A stretch of DNA of 64,000 nucleotides from assembly GCF_006345805.1 (NCBI RefSeq), contig NC_043002.1, forward strand, positions 78,988,001 to 79,052,000. The letters run 5' to 3'. Below the pieces are notes generated by a model, which was not told where the DNA came from, searched no databases, and was given only the letters and a program-made list of their open reading frames with translations. Both the position numbers and the translations under genes were made by a program. Within the stretch, counting starts at the first letter, position 1; the number at the start of each line of letters is the position of its first letter. Below, piece by piece: positions 1 through 11,306 of this stretch. The DNA is from Octopus sinensis (Eukaryota).

Positions 1-194
1 ATTGTTACTTGATTGCATCTCCTCAGGTGTTGTTCTTTCTTATCTACATTTCACTCAGCTCTATTAAAATATATTCTTAGGAAGTTTGCTACATTCTAGT
101 AGTTGTCATACCACTAAGTTACAGGGATGCTAACACACAAATACCTGTAGTCAAGTGGTGGTGGGTGACAAGCACACACACACACACATGCAAT

Positions 195-390
195 GAGCTT
201 CTTACCAAATATACTCACAAGACTTTGATAGGCCCAGGGCTATAATAGAAAACCCTTGCCCAAGGTGCCATACAGTGGAACTGAACCCAGAATCATGTGG
301 TTGAGAAGCAAACTTCTTAATACACAGCTGCACCTGCACCCATACACACACAAACACACACATATACACACATACACACACAGAGCCATA
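195..390 (-). mobile_element. tRNA-derived SINE (family 1) head fragment with CA microsatellite
   Basis: Reverse complement of the recurrent head ...TGTGTATTAAGAAGTTTGCTTCTCAACCACATGATTCTGGGTTCAGTTCCACTGTATGGCACCTTGGGCAAGG; same head at 4701, 21809 and many other sites. Confidence 0.75.
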
Positions 391-977
391 CCTGCACTTA
401 TGTGTGTTTGTATGTATACACACACACACACACACACACTACACACATATAATTGACTGATGACAAGCAGAAACTAAACTATTAAAAAATTTCTAAGATG
501 AGGTTAATAGTTCAAATCTTTCTCTACCCCGCACCCCATTAATACAAACTATGGTTTACTTTTTCAGTAAACATTCATCTCTTCTTGCCAAATCCTATTA
601 CCACCTCCACAATCATTTCTTCTTCTCTCTCCCTTTCTTCCCCTCTCTCTCTCTCTCTTTTTTCTTCTTCACTCCTCTTTTTTCCTTTCTTCTATCTCTG
701 TTCTTTTTCTTCTCGTTTTTTTTTTCTTTTGTCATTCTCTCTTTTCCCAGGCTGCTATTGAATTAATTGGCTCTATAAATTTGGAGCAAATAAATAACTT
801 CTGGCTCCTGGCAAGTATTCACGAGAACAAGCTGAGATTTCGCTAACTTCCATAGATTTGCAATTCTTCAGATACAATGGCAAACACTTAAGTAGCCTTG
901 TAATCGTTGGTCGTAGTTTTGTAACAAGTTACAAATAAATAAAAGTCTCAGCATTACATATTACAATAATGTTTTAA

Positions 978-1193
978 CCCTTTAGTACTCAAAGTAGCCA
1001 TATCCGACCCAAATATTGTACTTGTTTTATAATCAAACTGGCCAGATCAGGCCTCTCATACCTATCCCACAATGTCATTCTAAAAACAATCACATCGTTG
1101 AAATCTCAAAGCTCCAAGATAATGCATGATAAATTCATGTCAATGTGAATAAATAAACATTACATTTGACAGAATAATCTGAATGCTAAAGGG
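978..1193. mobile_element. piggyBac-type MITE (family A)
   Basis: TTAA|CCCTTTAG...CTAAAGGG|TTAA. Related copies at about 4434-4646, 8857-9078, 29113-29326, 31063-31273, 41277-41437 and 48440-48643. Confidence 0.8.
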
Positions 1194-1315
1194 TTAAATT
1201 TGACAAAGTAGGTCAATTGTTGGAATGTTGTATTTGTCTTGCACCAAATCTATATGAAAGGGCCTCTCAAGGCAAACAACACAGCATCTGGTGTTCTAAC
1301 AATACATCCACATTA

Positions 1316-1598
1316 GGTGCTGGTGGCACATAAAAAGCACCATCCAAACGTGGCCGATGCCAGCGCCGCCTTGACTGGCTTCTGTGCCGGTGGCACGTAA
1401 AAAGCACAATTCAAACGTGGACGTAAAAAGCACCCACTACACTCACGGAGTGGTTGGTGTTAGGAAGGGCATCCAGCTGTAGAAACACTGCCAGATCAGA
1501 CTGAAGCCTGGTGCAGCCTCCTGGCTTCCCAGACCCCAGTCGAACCGTCCAACCCGTTCTAGCACAGAAAACGGACGTTAAACAATGATGATGATGAT
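1316..1598 (+). mobile_element. RTE-like retroposon 3' end with (GAT)n tail
   Basis: GGCACGTAAAAAGCACCCACTACACTCACGGAGTGGTTGG...GGACGTTAAACAATGATGATGATG; many copies in both orientations. Short tandem-repeat tails are typical of RTE-clade LINEs/SINEs. Confidence 0.7.
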
Positions 1599-2439
1599 TA
1601 TGTATGCTGTTTACATTAGTCAAACTATATGTCCTGAACTTGGTTGTTACTTTCACTATGTTTTGGCTGTTGTATGCTCCAACCTTCTTCAGGTGGTACC
1701 TTGTGATTCATCTTAGTGCTTTGCCTGGGATTGAACTTAGAACCTCTAGGTTACTGCACTGCATTAACCAACACCTTTATCTGCTATGCTATGCCCGTAG
1801 GCAGTGACAGTGAATTTTTACGGCTTACCCATTGATGTCTTATGTCAGGTCTGGACTGATTATATTGTACAATTCCACAAAGGGGTATTGAAAAGTTCTT
1901 GTCTTTGGGTAAAAGAAAATACTGGATGATCAGTCCGTTTATTCTTTTACACATTTCAGCCCTAAGGCTGTGGCCATTCTGGGGCACTTCTAGTATCCAA
2001 CATATTCTCCTCTCAGATTCACACACCCATTGCAATGTTCCTTCAGTTTTTCTCAGCCCTGTAAAATAACTCAGATGGTTGGGCCTCCAACTAGACCTTT
2101 CAAGATACCCATAAAGCCAGGAACTTTTCAGTACCCTCTCATATATGCTGGAGTGTACAACAGCCGAAACATAGTGAAAGCAACAATCAAGATGAGAACA
2201 CCAATCTGACTAATGTAAACTATGTACATAATGTTTTTCATATTTCTCATTAGGTTTTTGTGTCTTATTGTTCCAGAATATAAAAAGTTCATAGAGAATG
2301 AGGATTGGAAGAATTATTAGAACATTAAACAGAATATTTTTTTTAGTATTTCCAGTATTTAGTTTCACTCTTTCATCCCCATGTTCTGAGTTCAAATCTT
2401 ACTGAGACCAATTTCTGATGTCCATTCATAAATCCATCC

Positions 2440-2690
2440 ATTTTCTCCATCCACACTGTTCCTGGGAGGATCATGGCAGTTGTGTTGCTCACAGGCACTT
2501 CCTCCATAGAGCTCTATCAGAAGTAACCATCACTACACTTGCTGGCTGGATCCCCAAGCATGACCAACTGAAAAACTGTGGATATTATTCAACCATCTCA
2601 TTCTTGATCAACCCTTGCATCTGCTGGTTGGATCAGCTTGAAGAATTCATCTTGCAATTATTTCTTCTGACATTCTAGTCATGTCTGTAG
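2440..2690 (-). mobile_element. Degenerate RTE-type LINE ORF2 C-terminal fragment
   Basis: Frameshifted minus-strand translation gives SRMRWLNNI and SDRALWRKCL, resembling the RTE C-terminal motifs RPRxRWxD and DRxxWR. Confidence 0.5.
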
Positions 2691-2798
2691 TACCTGAGTT
2701 ATGACCTCTCAAAGCAGAGAAGTAGTGGCTTGACTAAGAAAGATTTATTAACCTTTAAGCTATACAACCTGTCAAGTAATATTATTCTAGAGATCCAA

Positions 2799-3000
2799 GG
2801 CACCGAGCTGGCAGAAACGTTAGCACGCCAGGTGAAATGCTTAACGATATTTCATCTGCCATTACGTTCTGAGTTCAAATTCCACCGAGGTCGACTTTCA
2901 TCCTTTCAGGGTCAATAAATTAAGTACAAGTATTGGGATTGATGATATCAACTAACTCTCTTCTCTCAAAACTACTGATTTTGTGTCTAAATTAAAAGCA
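2799..3000 (+). mobile_element. tRNA-derived SINE (family 2)
   Basis: GAGCTGGCAGAAACGTTAGCACGCCAGG...GTTCTGAGTTCAAATTCCACCGAGGTCGACTTTCATCC; same family as 33403-33631 and 46070-46302. Confidence 0.75.
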
Positions 3001-3175
3001 ATTATAATTCCATCTAATACATGTCCAAAGCTGTTCAAAATCAAATAACTATGAGCTGTACTGATCAGGTTCTTCATAGTTTCAAGACTCTTTTTACCAT
3101 TTGTTTGTTTGCTCAAACAAAGACATTTTACAAAATAAAATCTTACATATAGTAAACTTTAGTTTGAATTTTCAG

Positions 3176-3453
3176 AAACAGCCAGCTCTATCACAGAAAA
3201 TCAACAGAGTGAATCAGCTATTGTACCAAATGACACCCAAACCATTAACACAGCTAATAGTACCTTCAACGCAACTTCTCCACGTAGAAAAACTGTTGCT
3301 GAAATAAGTATCACATTGAAAACAACCAGTGTCAGTTTTCTCACAGAGTATGCCGAGCCAATACCAGTAACTACAGCGTCCAGCACAAATGTAAGTGCTG
3401 AAACAAGCAAAGAACCTATTGTGGTCAATTTATCAAAAAATCATAAAAAAAAG
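3176..3453 (+). CDS. NTR-domain protein, Ser/Thr-rich (mucin-like) internal exon
   Basis: TTTTCAG acceptor, AAG|GTAAGC donor, 278 nt open (phase 1 in, phase 0 out): (x)TASSITENQQSESAIVPNDTQTINTANSTFNATSPRRK...SKNHKKK; in frame with exon 6839-6905. Confidence 0.8.
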
Positions 3454-3571
3454 GTAAGCTTCAATGCTTTTCAAATTATATCAAATTATCATCATCATCA
3501 TCGTCATCATATACTAAATGATGATGATGATATTGGAGATGATAAAGAAAATTTGTATTAATTGATAGCTA

Positions 3572-4269
3572 CCGTAAATCCTCGAGTATAATCCGCATTT
3601 TTTTCCCAAAATTTAAAGGTCAAAATCCCTAGTGCTTACTATATACGAGATTAAAAATGAAAAATATTTTCTAAGCAATATCCGAGTCTCTATTTGCTGT
3701 CCGGCAATGTTTATTCAGATGCATTTTGTGATGCTTAATAGATTAGTGCTAAATAGTTCATCCTGCTGTTTGTATTGGCAGTTTGCATCATTACCGTGGC
3801 AAACAATAGCTACTTAATTAAATACCAGTATTAAATGTTTGAACTACTGTGGGTCTTTACTGGGGATTTAAACCTGTACATTAATCTCCAATAAAACCTT
3901 TTATACATTACATGCCCATAAAATGCCTCATAGATCTTATTCAGCTATGTTTAAACATGAAGTTATATTATATGCTGAAGAGCATGGTAATAGGGCCGCC
4001 GGAACAAAATTTGATGTTGACGAAAGCAATGTCAGGTTATGGAGAAGAAATAAAGATGAAATTAAGCAGATACCAAAGATAAAGAAGGCAATAATAAAGG
4101 ACGTTACCGTATAGATTTTTACAAACCAAGGACGTTATATAGACTTCCTTGACTCAAATTAGAGAAGGGGTGAGTATTATACACAATGTTTAGGTTTTTC
4201 AGAGGAACAGCCCCCTAAAAATCCCCTGCGTATTATACTCAAGGGCGGACTATACTCGAGGATTTACGG
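3572..4269 (+). mobile_element. Non-autonomous pogo/Tc2-like DNA transposon (internal deletion derivative)
   Basis: TA TSD on both sides, ~24-bp TIR CCGTAAATCCTCGAGTATA(A/G)TCCGC. Internal ORF 3923-4114 (RSYSAMFKHEVILYAEEHGNRAAGTKFDVDESNVRLWR) resembles the Brinker-type HTH of POGK-like transposases. Confidence 0.85.
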
Positions 4270-4700
4270 TATAATACATATCACGTAGTATGCCTACAAG
4301 CCATAGAATGAGCCTCTGTACCAGCAATTATTTACCTGTGCAGTACCATCTCTCTGGATGTATTGTGAGTTCTAAAGTCGATGGATGCTATGGTGGTTCT
4401 GTGTGTTTAAAGGGATCATGGTGAAATAGTCAACCCCTTAGCATTCAGATTACTCCATCAAATGTAATGTTTTTTATTCGTTGTTTTGAATTAATCATGC
4501 ATTATCTTGTGGCTTCAACATTTTGATGATGTAATTATTTATTATTCGACATTGTAGTGTAAATGTGAGAGGTCAGACCTAACTAGTTTGAACATAAAAC
4601 AGGTAGAATATTTGTGCCAGGTATGGCCTGCTTAAACACTGAAAGGTTAAACCAGGTACAAGATTTATTTTAAATGGTCTGATATAATTTTCATTATATA

Positions 4701-4876
4701 GGCGTAGCAGTGGCTGTGTGGTAAGTAGCTTGCTTACGAACCACATGGTTCCAGGTTCAGTCCCACTGCGTGGCACCTCGGCAAGTGTCTTCTATTATAG
4801 CCTCAGGCCGACCAAAGCCTTGTGAATGGATTTGGTAGACAGAAACTGAAAAGAAGCCCATTCTATATACACACAC

Positions 4877-4922
<46 letters not shown>

Positions 4923-6080
4923 TCATCATCATCATCGTTTAACGTCCGTTTTCCGCGCTAGCACGGGTTGGACGGTTTCGACCGGGGTCTGGGGAGCTAG
5001 GGACTGCCCCAGGCTCCAGTCTAGTCTGGCAGTGTTTCTACAGCTGGATGCCCTTCCTAACGCCAACCACTCCGCAAGTGTAGTGGGTGTTTTTTACGTG
5101 CCACCTGCACAGGTGCCAGAGGGGTCTGGCATTGGCCACGTTCGGATGGTGCTTTTTATGTGGGGGGGGGTGCAGAAATATAGGGGAGCATCAGTGGGGA
5201 GGGGTGGTTCAGAGAAATGATGACAGGTTCTAGGCAAGAAGAACGTAGGATATCAAGAGAGGGGTAATGCATGGTGAAATAGCGTATTGAAGAGGGGTTC
5301 GAAGAGTAGACACCTATAATGGTGGTGGGAGAAGCGACATCCGGTATAGATGGAGCAAAAATATAGAGATATCCGGTATTGGTGGTGGGGGTGGGCAGGG
5401 CGGGTGCACCGCGAATACACGATGGCGTATTATAGTCGAGAGGAGAAATGGATAAATTAGTTAAATAGTCGAGAGGAGAAATGGATAAATTAGTTAAAAT
5501 AATTAGATAGAGAAATTAGATAAAAATAGTTAGATAGATAAGAAAGCATGTATGATCGATCGAGAAGTGAAAATAAATAAGCATTCAAACTTATCTGCGC
5601 TCGGGTGCTAGATGAATGAATGAGAGAGCAAAATGTTGGGGCTGCCTTTAAGTAAAAATTGTCCGGAAGAGGAATTTTTGGACAAGGCGGAAGTGTATTA
5701 AAGGAACAGGCTTCAAGATGGCGTATTATAGTCGAGAGGAGAAATGGATAAATTAGTTAAATAGTCGAGAGGAGAAATGGATAAATTAGTTAAAATAATT
5801 AGATAGAGAAATTAGATAAAAATAGTTAGATAGATAAGAAAGCATATATATATATACATGTATGTGTGTGTGTGTGTTTGTGTGTCTGTGTTTGTCCCCC
5901 CAACATCGCTTGACAACCGATGCTGGTGTGTTTACGTCCCCGTAACTTAGCTGTTTGGCAAAAGAGGCCGATAGAATAAGTACTAGGCTTACAAAGAATA
6001 AGTCCTGGGGTCGATTTGCTCAACTAAAGGCAGTGCTCCAGCATGGCCACAGTCAAATGACTGTAACAAGTAAAAGAGTA
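4701..6080 (+). mobile_element. SINE family 1 split by a ~925-bp insertion in its central microsatellite
   Basis: Head 4701-4880 (A/B-box-like motifs, CCTCGGCAAG core), (TA)n, insert 4921-5845, (TA)/(TG)n, tail 5870-6080 ending CAGCATGGCCACAGTCAAATGACTGTAACAAGTAAAAG. Confidence 0.75.
5421..5845. repeat. Two identical 129-bp direct repeats (5421-5549 and 5717-5845), each with an internal 33-bp tandem duplication
   Basis: Base-by-base comparison of the two copies. Confidence 0.9.
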
Positions 6081-6838
6081 TATACAAATCTTTGCCCTCT
6101 TTAGTAATTTCCATAAAAAGTTAACCCAAGAGACACTAGTCCAATGCAAATATCTAAAAGGAGGTACATGGGATTCTATGAGAAATAATGGATAATAAAT
6201 GACTTTGCTAAATTAGCTTCTGTTCAACTAAAATAATAGGGGATGTGGTTTTGTGGTTTTCTAGTAACTCAGCAACCCACCTCCTTTTACTGAATGATAT
6301 TCGCAAGTTGCCATTTGGTGGAAGGGGTTTGTTGAGAATCACTGAGCTAGATGGTTGCTCAACCCATTATGAATATATAATGAATTATATTATCAATTAT
6401 ATCCTACCATCATAAAAAGGTAAGACACAATGGATAATGTTGTCCTTGATAACCAGTGCTCTTCCAAAGGATGGATGGTCAAAGCTGCAACACTTTTGAT
6501 CATAGGTTTGCTCAGTCAGGGCTTACTTAAGGCTAAAACAACCACACCAAATACAAGTAATACAGCTATGAATCAAGTAACAAAAGAGTGAAACAACTGT
6601 ATGGTCAACTACATATATTAAGTAGTTCAAATTTATAGAAAAACAAAAGATGAAGACAGGTATAGGAACAAATAAGCATATTAGTTTGTCACTCAGGAAA
6701 AAAGGAAAAGTCCTTTACATTTCGAGCCTATGCTCTTCAACAGAAAGGAATGAGGAAATAGAGAGAGAATGAAAAAAAAAAATGTGTAGAAAAACGCTAA
6801 ATTAAAACTAATTATTTTTGTGGCTCTTTATTCTACAG

Positions 6839-6905
6839 AATTGTCCAGTATGCTGGGATAATGTACCAAAAGATTATCACAAGTTATTCTGCAATGCAGT
6901 AGAAG
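6839..6905 (+). CDS. NTR-domain protein exon (start of NTR module)
   Basis: TTCTACAG acceptor, AAG|GTAAAT donor, 67 nt: NCPVCWDNVPKDYHKLFCNAVE; the CPxC...LFC pattern matches the start of NTR modules (e.g. sFRP CPPC...HLC). Confidence 0.85.
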
Positions 6906-7448
6906 GTAAATAAAAATCTTTCATTTTGTATCTATTAAGTTCAATTTTTGACTATAAAACTATTACATCATTATTCATTCTGGAATGTTGGATTTCTTTT
7001 CATTTCGTTCTCGTAGCATAAAAATTATTCTACTATATTGACTTCTTTGTATTAGTATTTGCTGTGATAAGCCATTACAGTAGTATTTGAGAAAACTAGT
7101 ATCATTATGTACATTATTAGATAATTTATGTGATTTCACATCAATTACTCCCTGCTGAACAACATAGCTAAAGGAAAAAAATTTATAAAGGGAGAATACT
7201 AAATATAAATATGTTAAGGTCTCTCATATTTAATTTCTGTTTAGTATGCAGAACACTCTCCTGATGTATTTGTTCTCAAAGACAAATTGTTCATATTCAT
7301 AACCAATGTGACTACTTTTCCTCTACTCACACACACAAGTGAGTGGACAAATGAAAAAAGGTGGCACTCAACATATTTAGTAGGAGTTACATACATTATT
7401 TAAAAACAGCTTGACTCAGCTTCATGCAAATTAAGTCAAACTGTTATT

Positions 7449-7817
7449 GTGTGGAAGCACTCCGTCGGTTTCGACGACGAGGGTTCCGGTTGATCCAATC
7501 AACGGAACAGCCTGCTCGTGAAATTAACGTGCAAGTGGCCGAGTACTCCACATACACGTGTACCCTTAACGTAGTTCTCGGGGATATTCAGCGTGACACA
7601 GAGAGTGACAAGGCCGGCCCTTTGAAATACAGGTACAACAGAAACAGGAAGTAAGAGTGAGAGAAAGTTGTGAAAGAGTACAGCAGGGATCACCACCATC
7701 CCTGCTGGAGCCTCGTGGAGCTTTAGGTGTTTTCGCTCAATAAACACTCACAACGCCCGGTCTGGGAATCGAAACCACGAGTCCGCTGCCCTAACCACTG
7801 GGCTATTGCGCCTCCAC
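7449..7817 (-). mobile_element. Young tRNA-derived SINE (family 3) with 13-bp TSD
   Basis: TSD TCAAACTGTTATT at 7436-7448 and 7818-7830; minus-strand head GGAGGCGCAATAGCCCAGTGGTTAGGGCAGCGGACTCGTGGTTTCGATTCCC; CpGs intact. Confidence 0.85.
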
Positions 7818-8200
7818 TCAAACTGTTATTAAGTAATATATATATATATTGAAAATAAGGAGAATCAAGAATTTGAACATTCATACTTTAAGTTTATTTC
7901 CTGTTAGTATAATGGCCTTGGAATTTTACTCAGAGAAATTCGGTATCTACCCTCCTCTTGCTATATAAATATATATATGTGTGTGTGTCTGTGTGTTTTA
8001 ATGCAAAATTGAGGTGAACACCAATTTTCCTATGTGATCGGCTTGAAGAACTGTTGCAATATTTCTTAACATGAAACCAATGGTAGCCTTAATACACAAA
8101 TAAAGAATCGTTATCTTCCAATGCGGTGTTGAGCACTCATTCTCATTGTTTGATATTGATGAGGTGTGTGTGTGTATATATGTAGGTATGCATACTTTAG

Positions 8201-8261
8201 GACAATCAGTAATTTGTCATAATAGTACTATGAGTATTATTATGACAAATTACTGGTTGTC
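8201..8261. repeat. 61-nt palindrome/hairpin
   Basis: GACAATCAGTAATTTGTCATAATAGTACT-ATG-AGTATTATTATGACAAATTACTGGTTGTC: 29-bp stem (two G-U pairs on the + strand) with a 3-nt loop. Confidence 0.85.
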
Positions 8262-8330
8262 ATAAACTATACATATATAAATATCCTCTATTAACCTAAT
8301 ATTGAGGTCTCATTCTTTTATTGTCACTTT

Positions 8331-8379
<49 letters not shown>

Positions 8380-9307
8380 CTTCACGGAGACAGTGACAAG
8401 TGACTGAGACTATTGGCAATATTCCATGCTTGAGAAGACCTGTCAATTGTAGTTGTGGCCCATGCCGGTGTTTTATAACTGGCACCCATAAGCACCTCCA
8501 CTCTTGGAGTGGTTGGCATTAGGAAGGCCACCTTCTTTCATTTGTCCACTCACTTGTGTGTGCGTGTGTCAGTAGAGGAAAAGTACCGACATTGGTTATG
8601 AATATCAACAATTTGGCTTTGAGAGCAAATACATCTTGAGAGTGTTCTGCATACTAAGCATGTCAAATCAGATTGCAACCTGGTGCAGCTTACCAATTTT
8701 CAGTCAAACCGTCCAACCCATGCCAGCATGGAAAAACGGACATTAAATGATGATTGATTACTTATAGTTTTACCAGCTGAATTGAATATGTTTCACTGTG
8801 GAGGTCTATTAAAGTCCAAACATATCTGTTGTTTTCACTAACTGGCATTGGCTTAACCCTTTAGTGTTCGCATTATTCTGCCAAAATTAATGTTTTTTCA
8901 TCCACATTGTTTTGAACTAATCATGCATTTATCTTGTAGCTGTGAGATTTTGATGAGGTAGCTGTTAATTTTTAAAATGATATTGTAGGGCTGGTGTGAG
9001 AGACCAGATCTGGCCAGTTTGAACATAAAACAGGCAGAATACTTTTGTCCAGATATGGCCGGTTTAAATGCTAAAGGGTTAAAGACCAGATCCATGCCAG
9101 TTTTCATGGTCTATATTATTCACAAGTTTCTATTGGATCTTGTTAGTTATTTTCTTTTCTTGCAGGTTTTAGATTTTAAACACTCCCACTAAAGGGATTG
9201 TTTTCTCTCTACTAATAAGAGTTCAACTCTTTAAATATATCACATTTATGAAAAAAAAAATTCCATTCTATATACATTAATATCAAAACTTTATTTATTT
9301 TTCATAG

Positions 9308-9451
9308 TTTATAAAATATCTTCTGGAAAGAACAAAGAACATTTAATACGAGTGATGGCAGATCTTCGGCCACTGAAGAAATTACAAATTAAAAAATTTG
9401 TTGTCCCCAAAATGGACAAATCTTGTGAATGTGCCTGTATAAAGGAAAGAG
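9308..9451 (+). CDS. NTR-domain protein exon
   Basis: TTCATAG acceptor, GAG|GTAAGG donor, 144 nt phase 1-1: (V)YKISSGKNKEHLIRVMADLRPLKKLQIKKFVVPKMDKSCECACIKER(G); CxC motif of NTR. Confidence 0.85.
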
Positions 9452-10391
9452 GTAAGGCTCACAATGTATTGATTTTGATTTCATTAATCTACCCACTACC
9501 CAACCAACTTTCAACACTGTAAATAGAAATTAATTCAGTAAGCAAACAAAGAAATGAAGCAGTGGTATTTCATGAAGGTATATTTGACTTAACTAAGCCA
9601 TGTGCTTCAACATTAAGATGTTAGACTCCTGGATGTAAGATTCTGGTTTTGATCCCTGGATCAGGTAACACATGTTCTTCAGCAAAATACTTCATTTCAT
9701 ATTGCTCCAGTCCACTCAGCTGGTAAAAAATTAGCAATCCTATGACAGCCCAGGTTCCTATTCAGAGAGAATGAATATATATATATATATATATATACAC
9801 ATTAGAGAAACCAGCCTTATGCTCCTTACAGAGTAATGCAGACTAATCAGATTTGACTTAATACTTGTAGTGCATTGTTTTCTTTGAAAGCTGTATTCAA
9901 TAACTATGGCTTTTGATGATGTATACAATGTGAAGTATGAACATTCCTAGTCACAATACTAGTATACTTATACTATTTCAGCATCTTTGTGGATGTTTAT
10001 TTGAATTTATTCTATTTCTCCCATAAAAATGTGAGCTTTATTTAGAAATACCATAGCATCTCTACCAGTTAAATACCCCTTAACCAGTTTATTTGTATGA
10101 TCTTCAATAAGCTCACAAATAGAATGGAATTAAATACTTTAACTATACTAAGGTTTGAACATCTGACCATGTAGCCATTAGTCTAGCAACTAAAGCTTAC
10201 AGCAGCAACTGTAATAAAAACCCAATTCATGAGCATCTGGCTTTTGATTTAAAGTCAAATATGTCAGATGATGACATTCAAGCCTTGACTTACCCATTTT
10301 CCTTTTAAATAGTAGCAAATTGGTCTCAAATTGCACCCTGCATTTTGTAATGGATCAAGCAACCACAGAAAAAAAAAAATCCTCTTTCATT

Positions 10392-10700
10392 TACTTTTTT
10401 TTTTTTACTTGTTTCAGTCATTTGACTGTGGCCATGCTGGAGCACCACCTTTAGTCGAGCAACTCGACCCTGGGACATTCTTTGTAAGCCCAGTACTTAT
10501 TCTATCGGTCTCTTTTGCCGAACTGCTAAGTGACGGGGACGTAAACACACCAGCAACGGTTGTCAAGCAATGCTAGGGGAACAAACACACATATATACGA
10601 CAGGCTTCTTTCACTTGCCCAAGATGCCACGCAGTGGAACTGAACCCGGAACCATGTGGTTGGTTAGCAAGCTACTTACCACACAGCCACTCCTGCGCCT
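10392..10700 (-). mobile_element. SINE family 1 (internally deleted)
   Basis: Reverse complement of the head and tail seen at 4701 and 5870. Confidence 0.8.
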
Positions 10701-11160
10701 TGGTTAAGATAATTATATTTATTGTACAGTAATTTAAGTATTAAATAGATAGGAGGGGTTTGGGAAACTGCTGCTTCCATTAGCAAAAAGATTTCTTTAC
10801 TCTGTAAATCAGAATGTTGTTGACATATGGCAGTAAAATTTAGGTACTAAATTATGTGACAGTTTCAAAATTCTCCATATCAACAAGCTTGAAGTGTAAT
10901 GCTTTTGGAACATTCTTCAGACAAGATGGCAAGCCAATCACCTGTTTTGACAAGTCCCTTACAGATAGCCATCAAGAATCGAGATGGCAATGTCTATAAA
11001 ATATCTTCCTATGTGTAAATATTAACTCCAAGACCTTTTGAAATTTGATAGTCTAAATACATTATTATCTTCTTTACTTCTCTTTCCACCGTTACCTCTG
11101 TACTTTTAGTGATGTCAAATTAACTCCTCACTTAAAATTGCCTTTTGTGTTTCATTTCAG

Positions 11161-11306
11161 GACGTCGAGTCTTAATGCGAATGAAAGCTGGGCCAAAATT
11201 CAAAGAAATGGGTCCCGTTCGTCTTGACAAACATGTTGTTATATTTCCACTTAAATCTGTTGTAGAACGACACATGCGTAGACTGGCAAAGTCTTGCAAG
11301 AGATGA
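11161..11306 (+). CDS. NTR-domain protein terminal coding exon
   Basis: TTCATTTCAG acceptor; (G)RRVLMRMKAGPKFKEMGPVRLDKHVVIFPLKSVVERHMRRLAKSCKR*; stop TGA 11304-11306; terminal Cys as in NTR modules. Confidence 0.85.

Noticed and set aside
751-814. Possible upstream exon of the NTR gene (AAIELIGSINLEQINNFWLLA) after a long pyrimidine tract
   Set aside because: The phase would fit exon 3176, but the donor (CAA|GTATTC) is weak and the peptide resembles no domain I recognise; needs RNA-seq.
5421-5845. CRISPR array or LTR retrotransposon
   Set aside because: Eukaryotic DNA with only two repeats, no TG..CA ends, PBS or PPT, and no coding interior.
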